Shown here piece by piece: positions 53,827 through 61,615 of a DNA stretch of 64,000 bases. Below the pieces are notes generated by a model that saw only the letters and a program-made list of their open reading frames with translations, did not search any database and was not told the DNA's origin. Source of the DNA: Aureliella sp. (GTDB lineage: Bacteria; Planctomycetota; Planctomycetia; Pirellulales; Pirellulaceae). The stretch covers positions 768,001 to 832,000 of the forward strand of contig OY829846.1 in NCBI GenBank assembly GCA_963691875.1. The letters are read 5' to 3'. A program made the translations under genes and the position numbers. Position 1 is the first letter of the stretch. The number at the start of each line of letters is the position of its first letter.

Positions 53827-54618
53827 TTAGAATCCAACGCGGAGGTTGATTCCTGGCCGATAAGGTCCGTAGTACCGTGAATAGCTGGGAACTGGCCGGC
53901 AGTACGGATCAACTACAATGGGCCTTGAGTAGATCACTGGCGTTTGTTGAATGATCACACTCGGCTGATAGCTTGGCCGCTGAGGACCAAGGTAGTAAGG
54001 CTGCGAAGGAGCCGGAGCTGGTGCGACGCGGTTTGATGCCGGAAGCGCCGAAGTCGTGGTAGAAACTTTTCTAGCTCGAACTTGCGAGGCGAGAGGCGCA
54101 GACTGCATTGCGGTCAAAACGTTATCACTCACACCTTGCTGGTGCAACGCAATGATCTCGCTGACTTCCAATCTTCGGTCGACACCACGGCTCTGCAACT
54201 GATTCAGAATCAAAGTTTCACTCAAACCACTTTTTGTCAACTGCACGATGTCGTTGGCCGAGATACCTGCGGGTGTCGCCGGCTGCTGAGCAATTTGTTG
54301 CTGTTGCGCGTACTGGCGTTGTTGCTGAGCATAGTAAGCTTGTTGCTGGTAGGCTTGCTGTTGATAATATCGCTGCCTCGCCAACTGGTCATCCTGCTGC
54401 TTGCCGAGAAGCCCTCCAGTCAGCGCACCGACCGCACCGCCGATCAGAACGCCTTCGGGAGTTTCATCATTTTGCTTGCCAATGATGCCTCCGATGACAG
54501 CGCCAGCGATACCGCCGACGGTTGCGCCATCTTTGGTTCGCGACTGGGCTGAAGCCAACCGCCCGTTCATCAAGCATACGCAGCTTGCCAGAATCACCAG
54601 AACGGTCAATCGCATCAT
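53827..54618 (-). CDS. Glycine-zipper domain secreted protein
   Basis: 'GATVGGIAGAVIGGIIG...GVLIGGAVGALTGGLLG', Q-rich linker and 'EIIALHQQGVSDNVLTAM'. Confidence 0.85.
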   Translation of the reverse strand: MMRLTVLVILASCVCLMNGRLASAQSRTKDGATVGGIAGAVIGGIIGKQNDETPEGVLIGGAVGALTGGLLGKQQDDQLARQRYYQQQAYQQQAYYAQQQRQYAQQQQIAQQPATPAGISANDIVQLTKSGLSETLILNQLQSRGVDRRLEVSEIIALHQQGVSDNVLTAMQSAPLASQVRARKVSTTTSALPASNRVAPAPAPSQPYYLGPQRPSYQPSVIIQQTPVIYSRPIVVDPYCRPVPSYSRYYGPYRPGINLRVGF

Positions 54619-54887
54619 TTTATTACCTTGTGACGAGTTCCCCAGATCGAATTCCATCTAGATCTATCGGCATACCAATTGCCGGGCAATGAAGTAAACA
54701 GCAGCCAATCGTCGACAGCATCTAGGTACTGACCGCAACCTTTCGCAAGGTGTTTATTGTTGGCCTCCAATAGCTCGCAACTTGCTGAAACGCTATGCTG
54801 CTTATGCTGTCATTCCAACTTCGTACACTGCGAGCAGATCTCTTGTCTTCGAAGCCGAAACCGAGTTCCCAAAGCCCACGATTGCCG

Positions 54888-55760
54888 ATGCGAATTGGCT
54901 GTCCTGTTTGGAGCTGCGATGACTGGAGCGAGATCGTTTACCCTGCGCGAACGGCTAAGAGCGAGAAACTGGCTTGGTATACCAGCATGTTTAATACGGT
55001 CGAAGGCAATAACAGCTTCTACGCCATTCCTTCCGAAGATCAAGCTCTACGTTGGGCTAGAACTGTGGCTGAGGGATTTCAGTTTTGCATGAAGTTTCCT
55101 CGCGAGATTTCGCACGAACGCAGTTTGGTCGGCGCGCATGCAGCCACCGACGACTTCCTGCGAGTGTTATACGTGCTGGCGGAGCATGATCGGGCTGGGC
55201 CCGCCTTTTTGCAACTCGGACCCGACTTTAGTCCGAGTCAATTTGCTGCGTTGGAGGCCTATCTCTGTAGCCTCCCCACAGATTTGGGCTGGGCCGTAGA
55301 AGTGAGACATTTTGACTGGTTTGATTCTGGTCCCAATGAGGCTCGGCTGCTCGAGTTGCTCAAGGAGCTGAACATCGATCAATGTCTGTTTGATTCTCGG
55401 CCGCTCTATCAGTTGCCGCCTGACGACGAAATTGAAAGAGCTTCGCAGGGTCGCAAGCCGAAATCACCACTGCGTCGCAATGTCACCGCCAAGCGACCAA
55501 TGCTGCGAATGGTGGGCCGCAATCGAATAGAGCTAGTCCACAGTTTCATAGACGATTGGCTGCCTACACTGAGGCAATGGGTAGATCAAGGACTCGCTCC
55601 CATCGTCTTTACTCACGCTCCCGACGATCGCTACGCACCCGAGTTTGCACGAGAGCTTTGGAGCCGATTCCTCGCACATGAAGCACCGAAAAACAAGACC
55701 TTCGATGAGCTGCCTCGACCACCTGCGAAGCTACAACAGTTGGGATTCGCTTTCGAGTAA
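54888..55760 (+). CDS. DUF72 (YecE-like) family protein
   Basis: 'RIGCPVWS...W', 'FNTVEGNNSFYAIP', 'KFPREISH', 'AVEVRH' and 'FTHAPDD'. Confidence 0.92.
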   Translation: MRIGCPVWSCDDWSEIVYPARTAKSEKLAWYTSMFNTVEGNNSFYAIPSEDQALRWARTVAEGFQFCMKFPREISHERSLVGAHAATDDFLRVLYVLAEHDRAGPAFLQLGPDFSPSQFAALEAYLCSLPTDLGWAVEVRHFDWFDSGPNEARLLELLKELNIDQCLFDSRPLYQLPPDDEIERASQGRKPKSPLRRNVTAKRPMLRMVGRNRIELVHSFIDDWLPTLRQWVDQGLAPIVFTHAPDDRYAPEFARELWSRFLAHEAPKNKTFDELPRPPAKLQQLGFAFE

Positions 55761-56060
55761 GGCTCACCCTAGCTCCTCAGTTCCTCGAACAGGCCGAATC
55801 AAAAAATCAAGCCAGTTCTTCTCACGGCGAGCCCCCTCTGCTTACTGAAGGTGCCGTTGTCCGATGAAACAGTTCACTCCGCTCTTCAAACTGACAAGTG
55901 CCCGCCCAACAGGTTTGAAACCGATCTCATCGATCCTTTCAATATCGCTTCATGCTAGCTATGGCGTTCGCGGGATTGCCAACAATTAAAGCGCGATCTA
56001 AACTCGAAAGGCTACCTGGCATATGACTAGGCCCATTATAACTCTAGCAAAACGATCGAA

Positions 56061-56420
56061 ATGAAAAGCATTCGGCTGCTTATCAATCCAATGCGGACTG
56101 CCAAGCAAGGTGTGCAGGTAAACGTTGGGAAATTTGGTGACGACTATCAATCGCTCGTAACGGCATTGTCGATGCATGAAGAAGACATGCGAGAACTTGG
56201 CGTCGAAGGCGGGCAACAAGTTCTAGTTCGCACAGATCATGGAGAAGCCGAGTTTGTTTGCGACAAATCGAAGGTTCCTCAAGGCATGGCCTTCGTTCCT
56301 TACGGTCCTCCCACATGCCAATTGATGGGTGGCGATACGGGAGGCACAGGAATGCCGACTTCCAAAGGCTGGGAAGCCGATGTCATTGCTCTGCCAGCGG
56401 AAAGTTCAGAAACAAAATGA
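56061..56420 (+). CDS. fwdD: Formylmethanofuran dehydrogenase subunit D (molybdopterin dinucleotide-binding domain)
   Basis: 'RT.KQG...GK...Y', 'MHEEDM..LG', 'V.V.T.HGE', 'FVPYGP' and 'TGGTGMPTSKG' match FwdD/FmdD. Confidence 0.88.
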   Translation: MKSIRLLINPMRTAKQGVQVNVGKFGDDYQSLVTALSMHEEDMRELGVEGGQQVLVRTDHGEAEFVCDKSKVPQGMAFVPYGPPTCQLMGGDTGGTGMPTSKGWEADVIALPAESSETK

Positions 56421-56617
56421 GTCGAGAATGCCCTAAACCCGACCCTGCCTTGGAAGCACAATTCCAGCTCCCGCAAGTTGAGTCAGGCGATTGCGGTCCT
56501 GCTTCATCGCAACCGCAACCTGTTGCCGAATTGCCGGCTCCGTGGGAAGAGATTGAGCCAGGGCGTTTTATGCCGACGCGAGTTCGAGGCAGTTTTGTGG
56601 GCCGAGCTCTTGGCTGA
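56417..56617 (+). CDS. Small hypothetical protein (66 aa) translationally coupled to fwdD
   Basis: ATGA overlap with the fwdD stop. Sequence MSRECPKPDP...WEEIEPGRFMPTRVRGSFVGRALG. Confidence 0.55.
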   Translation: MSRECPKPDPALEAQFQLPQVESGDCGPASSQPQPVAELPAPWEEIEPGRFMPTRVRGSFVGRALG

Positions 56618-56707
56618 ACCTTTACGACTCGCTCGTCTGGTTCAGACAAAGATGAAAACACCAAAGCGCAATAATCCGAACTGCACTTCGTATCGCGACA
56701 GAACGTC

Positions 56708-58042
56708 ATGGATCTTCAAGTAATCGACAATGCAACCTGTACCTTTTGCGGTTGCGTCTGCGATGACATCAAGTTGCACACTGATGGCGAGAGAATTCAC
56801 AAAGCCGAGAAGGCTTGTGTACTCGGCAAAGCATGGTTCTTGAATCATACCGCTGAGGCAAAGTATCCTGCCGCGATGGTTGATGGTAAAGAAGCCTCTT
56901 TGGAGGCAGCGATTGAACGAGCTGCAGAGTTGTTGCACGAGGCCGATTTGCCTTTGGTCTACGGCATGAGCAACACGACCTGCGAGGCGCAGAAAGAATG
57001 CGTAGCGATGGCCGATCGACTAGGTGGGATTGTCGACAGCCACACCTCCTTGTGACATGGTCCAACAGAAATCGCCGCCCAGTTGGGTGGTAAAGTCACT
57101 TGCACGCTCGGCGAAGTCAAGAATCGCGCAGATTTCATTATCTACTGGGGCGGTAATCCCGCTGAGTGCCATCCTAGGCACTTCACCAAATACACGCTGA
57201 TGCAAAAGAGTAAGTTCTTGCCGCAAGGACGCAAGGACCGCACTATGGTCTTGGTGGATATTCGCGAGACCAAGAGCGTGAAGGCCTCGGACATCTTCTT
57301 GCAAGTCCGGCCTGGTAAGGACTTTGAATTGATTACGATTCTCCGTGCGATGATCAAGGCTCAACACGTCTCCGATGCAGAAATCGCCTCTACAGGGCTC
57401 AAGCGCGAAGCGCTTGAAGACCTGGTCAAACGAATGAAGTCGGCCAAGTTTGGCGTGATGTTCTTTGGTATGGGACTTTCCATGACGCGCGGAAAACATA
57501 TGAATTCCGCGGCACTGCTGACTCTCGCTTCTGAGATGAATGCCTTTACGAAATTCGTTGCGATGCCAATGCGTGGGCATGGCAATGTGACGGGTGCGGA
57601 CGTGATCATGCGTTGGCAAACGGGTTATCCCTTTGGGATCACCTACAATCGAGGCTACCCTAGATACAATCCCGGCGAGTTCTCAACCATTGACGTATTA
57701 GTTCGAGGTGATACGGATTGTGTTTTCGTCATTGGTGCCGATCCAGGTGCGACGATGCCGAAGCCAGCCATCGAGCACCTTGCAAAGGTACCAACGATCG
57801 TGCTCGATCCTCATGTAACGCACACGAGCAAACTGGCCAAAGTTCATATTACGACGGCGCCCGCTGGAATCGCAGCTCCAGGGACGGCGTATCGCATGGA
57901 TGAGATTCCGATGCCTCTTAAACCTGCGATCAACTCGCCTTACCCAACGGATGAAGAGGTAGTGCAACGCATTCACCAAGCCGTCGCTGCGAAGCCTGAA
58001 TGGCTGATCGAGCAGCCCCAGATGCTGCACAGCCAAGTCTAG
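56708..58042 (+). CDS. fwdB: Formylmethanofuran dehydrogenase subunit B, probable selenoprotein (TGA 57053-57055 = Sec116), 444 aa
   Basis: ORFs 56708-57055 and 57083-58042 are in the same frame and joined by TGA-CAT-GGT-CCA..., giving 'DSHTSL-U-HGPT'. [4Fe-4S] motif 'CTFCGCVCDD...C', plus 'CTLGEVKNRAD', 'HPRH', 'MRGHGNV' and 'GTAYRMD'. Confidence 0.9.
57052..57099 (+). promoter_or_regulatory. Bacterial SECIS-like element
   Basis: Upper stem GCCGCCC (57074-80) / GGGTGGT (57085-91) with an AGTT loop 25 nt after the UGA. Lower stem GTGAC (57052-56) / GTCAC (57095-99). Confidence 0.7.
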
Positions 58043-58181
58043 AGTGGACAATCCGTCGATTTACCCCCTTCGCAGTATTGAAGATAGCGAATGTAGTACT
58101 CTGAATCGTCTTTACGAGATCATCGAATCTTAGTCGGCTGATTCTCTCGCCTAGATCATCATGCCTTTGCTTGAAACCTAC

Positions 58182-59915
58182 TTAGCTAGGCCGCTCGATC
58201 ATCGAACGAATCCGCTCCCGGACGACTTTGGCATTTGTTTTGCCGACGATGTTCTTGGCAAGGCTTAGCTTCTGGCCATCCTCCGTATGGAGCTCAATTG
58301 TATAGATCCGATGCTCGTTCACTTGCCCGCTGTTGATCAGTTCTAAGTTCGTGATCTTCTCACGCGGAACGCACTTTGCCGCTCCGATGCCGAAAATCCC
58401 GCCTTGAACTCGAAGGCCATGAAGCTCTTGCGTGACGACGCTGGAGTAGAAGACACTATCAAGCGTCACGTAGGAAATGAGGAGCGCGAAGAGGACGATA
58501 AACCCGAAGAAAACCAACATCGACTGGATGAGCAGAAAGACCGCAACGGCCCAGAAGCCCAAAGTGAATGCGATGAGAATTGCACTCCCCATGGGACTGC
58601 GAAACATGGGAAAGGTTACTTCCTGAAAACCGATGCTGTTCTCGGCAACCTTCACGCCAATAGATTCAAGAATATCCTCTCTGGCTTCCTCATTCGAGCC
58701 CTCAAGCTGGTATGACTCTGCGACAGATTCATCAAGTTTGAAATCGGGGCGACTCTCATCAGTCTTGAATACCGGCACTTCGAACTCTTCACTGATCTTT
58801 GGGCTACCTGAACGGACGCGCAAATACCAAGTATCCGCTGTCTCTTGTTCCCCCATGTCAGTCGGCGGAGCATTGAACGGCACCGAGAATACAATTGGAA
58901 GCACCGCCATGGTGTTGTCGTGCTCAGCCAAGTCCTTCGCAAAGATTGCTTCCTGGTGATTCATGATTGTTTCTTGGCTATCTTCGCCTCTCGAGATTCT
59001 GCGAACGCAAACCAATTCTGCTTTGACACCTTGTGGAACCTTGGAAGCAAAGGGCACATGCAAGACGCCACTAAACGGTCCTCCAACCACGCCGTGTTTG
59101 GACATCTCAAAGCTGACTGGGCCTCGCCTTGCTGCCAATAGATTGCGAAATAGGATCAAACCTAAGATGATTCCAATCGCAGGGAAAATGAGTGCGATCA
59201 AGGCCCAGACGTCGCCGAACAGCAACTGGTAGATTCCGATGCACCAAGAAGGTAATGCAGCAATGTTCCACCAAACAGCCACCAAGGCGAAGACGCGATG
59301 AAATGTCCGACTAGGAAAAACTGAGCCATCTAGCCAATCTTGCCTCCACTTCCAGGGTTCCTCCGGATGCTTGGCTCTAAGCTTGGCTTCGCTCTTCGAT
59401 TGCTTCAGAACCAATCTGCTACCGGCTATGATTCCCAAGCCAACTGAGCCAAAAATAGTAGCAAAGATATTCATGAAAGCGAACATTTCACTTCGCAAAG
59501 TTCGATCGAGTAACGAATCTTGGGGATTGGAAGGATCTACGAAACAGTCGATCGGTTCACCGTTCGCCTTATGCTTCTTCAAGCGACGAGCCAAGCTCTT
59601 CTGAAAGGAACCAATATTGTCGGAACCTCCCCCAAGACTGACTCGATCACTCGTGAACCTTCGGCCATCGACTTCGTATTCGTAGGTTGCGACGGCTTTG
59701 TACGTAGTTCCATCAGAGTCCGAGTGCGTCTCAAGCTCTGCCGACAGTACCGTCGCTTGAACCGTGGGCCATGAGCAGGCTTTCTCCCAGCGGTAAATGC
59801 TGTAGCATGCATAGCAGAACGCTCCGATTCCGACACAAGCGAATGGAAAAGCGAACATCACGAGGCATCCGGCCCCCATGTATCGTTCTGCAGAGTTTTT
59901 CTTCTTCGTTGGCAT
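58182..59915 (-). CDS. DUF3592 domain membrane protein
   Basis: 'SWPTVQATVLSAEL...YEYEVDGRRFTSDRV...VDPSNPQDSLL', multiple TM helices. Confidence 0.85.
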   Translation of the reverse strand: MPTKKKNSAERYMGAGCLVMFAFPFACVGIGAFCYACYSIYRWEKACSWPTVQATVLSAELETHSDSDGTTYKAVATYEYEVDGRRFTSDRVSLGGGSDNIGSFQKSLARRLKKHKANGEPIDCFVDPSNPQDSLLDRTLRSEMFAFMNIFATIFGSVGLGIIAGSRLVLKQSKSEAKLRAKHPEEPWKWRQDWLDGSVFPSRTFHRVFALVAVWWNIAALPSWCIGIYQLLFGDVWALIALIFPAIGIILGLILFRNLLAARRGPVSFEMSKHGVVGGPFSGVLHVPFASKVPQGVKAELVCVRRISRGEDSQETIMNHQEAIFAKDLAEHDNTMAVLPIVFSVPFNAPPTDMGEQETADTWYLRVRSGSPKISEEFEVPVFKTDESRPDFKLDESVAESYQLEGSNEEAREDILESIGVKVAENSIGFQEVTFPMFRSPMGSAILIAFTLGFWAVAVFLLIQSMLVFFGFIVLFALLISYVTLDSVFYSSVVTQELHGLRVQGGIFGIGAAKCVPREKITNLELINSGQVNEHRIYTIELHTEDGQKLSLAKNIVGKTNAKVVRERIRSMIERPS

Positions 59916-60076
59916 CGATTGGCTTGCTTTTTAGAGGTAGCGTCAGGTTTTCCATGCTGAGACACCTGAGCGGTTTGCGATTCAGCCTCTATTGTAGCCG
60001 TCTCCGCGGTGTAGCGCTGAACCTTGAGCGCTGTGCATCGCCACGAAGCATCTTTTCCTAACCCAAAGTGTGACGT

Positions 60077-60105
60077 TTGATGTCGCAATCTGCCAAACTT
60101 ACCCT
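60077..60105 (+). promoter_or_regulatory. Sigma70-like promoter upstream of the structured RNA
   Basis: TTGATG - 17 nt - TACCCT. Confidence 0.4.
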
Positions 60106-60111
60106 CCCGTT

Positions 60112-60185
60112 TGCGTGAATGCCAGACGAAGACTAACGCTACGGGTCGGTGCCATCAGCCGGGAAGGGCTGGATCGGCACTTCTC
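60112..60185 (+). ncRNA. Structured RNA candidate (possibly Rhodopirellula-1-like motif)
   Basis: Two hairpins: CCAGAC...GTCGG and GTGCC-ATCAGCC-GGGAAG-GGCTGG-ATC-GGCAC. Intergenic and directly after a promoter-like signal. The family name is from recollection only. Confidence 0.4.
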
Positions 60186-60371
60186 CTCTCACATGACTCG
60201 CGACTTTCCCCAAAGAGAATTTGTTGCAAACGAATGAAAACTAGATGCAATCCTAGTTCCGAGATTCGTAAAGCATCGGCTAGGCGATAGACATAGCGAG
60301 GCAAAGCTGAGCGTACTCGCTAACGTTTGGGGTTGTGATTTGAGAGAGAACGCTCTGCCGCCAGCTCACGC

Positions 60372-61163
60372 TCAGCGGCTTAGGTTCCAAGAGTCGAGAG
60401 CATACTTCTCGTTTACCAACGCTGACGTTTTGGCCTTCAAGAATACAAGCTCAGAATCAGCTAACGGCTCCGTTGCCCCCCAAACTTCTTGCAGCGAAGT
60501 ACACAATGCATGCCGATCAATATTGAGATTCGCGATGAAATCAGCATGACTTCGCTTGCCGCGATAGTCTGGCTCACGCGGCGGATGACGCAGGTAACGA
60601 GACACAAGGTGCAGTTTCATGTTCAGCAGCAGGGTTCCGTGATACAAGACCCACTCTCGTGTGACTCTGAGTGCATTACCGCTGACCTTGCGGTCCGAGA
60701 GCGTCAAATCACAAGTACCTTGCAATGCAGTCCCCGGTCGCAGTGGTTCAATGGCTCGCTGGATCTCCTGCATCACAAAAGCGTGCGCGTTATCCAACAT
60801 CTGCAATTCGGGCCGACGCTTGAGTGAGAGCAGCACTGTATAAAACATGCAACCAGGTGCAGCGAGAATGGTTGCCCCGCCGCTGACGCGCCGGAGTATT
60901 GGAACGGAATCTTGGCTACAGAGGTCTAGTTGCACCTCTTCGGCGTACCTACTGCCGCGTCCAAGAACCACAAAGGGGCTGATTGCATCCCAAACTCGCA
61001 AGCATTCGCCAAATCGCGCTGCCTCAGCCGCAAGCAGCATTGACTCGTCGATTGCCAAGTTTTCTTGATGAGACGGGGCCGTGAAATCCATGAACCGCAA
61101 ATCTTGGGCCTCTGATAATAGACTGAGTGAGCTGGGGATAGGATTCGCTGAGCGGACTGACAC
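60372..61163 (-). CDS. Lipoate-protein ligase family protein (LplA/LipM-like)
   Basis: 'ENLAIDE', 'VVLGR', 'RRVSGGAT', 'KVSGNA' and 'LYHGTLL'. Confidence 0.9.
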   Translation of the reverse strand: MSVRSANPIPSSLSLLSEAQDLRFMDFTAPSHQENLAIDESMLLAAEAARFGECLRVWDAISPFVVLGRGSRYAEEVQLDLCSQDSVPILRRVSGGATILAAPGCMFYTVLLSLKRRPELQMLDNAHAFVMQEIQRAIEPLRPGTALQGTCDLTLSDRKVSGNALRVTREWVLYHGTLLLNMKLHLVSRYLRHPPREPDYRGKRSHADFIANLNIDRHALCTSLQEVWGATEPLADSELVFLKAKTSALVNEKYALDSWNLSR

Positions 61164-61615
61164 TAGGATCGCTTACTTGTGGACGACATGACTCTAGCTG
61201 CCGGTGCCTGCACACAAACGCTGAAGAGCCGAAGGTCAGCTTCTATTAGCTCAACTAATCGGGACAGTTCCATCGCGATTCAGAACCAAGAGTCCGGTTG
61301 GCTGACCTTCTGATTCAAATTTTGCCTACATAAACCTCGGACGCCTAGCGATTGCAAGGTTTAACCAAACTACGCATGAAAGCGAAAAAAACTTGATTCC
61401 ATAACCGGCGTGCGTTCGATACAACTCGACGTGCGCCTTTCTGCGCAACCCTGCTGCGAGGCACATCGTTCGCTCGGATTCATGGAGGATCATGCAGGAC
61501 AGAAGCGACTTTACAGCCTGGAGAGATTATCCAGGTTGGATCGCTTCGTTGTAAACCCGCGGGTGCATTGTCAGCTGAGGAAAGCTGTGATCGCATTTTG
61601 GAAACCAGATTCTCC

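Noticed and set aside
55760..56060. Moco/Tuco riboswitch upstream of fwdD
   Set aside because: I could not find the conserved motif elements by eye. A cmscan would be needed to exclude it.
56417..56707. Fusion of the small ORF to fwdB by read-through (same frame)
   Set aside because: Two stops (TGA then TAA) intervene, and fwdB has its own ATG at the expected N-terminus.
56708..58042. fwdB as a pseudogene or two separate genes
   Set aside because: The single stop is TGA, in frame, exactly at the catalytic Cys position and followed by a SECIS-like hairpin, with no other decay.
60145..60180. SRP (4.5S) RNA, suggested by the GGAAG loop hairpin
   Set aside because: It lacks the conserved CAGG...GGAA...AGCAG internal-loop signature.
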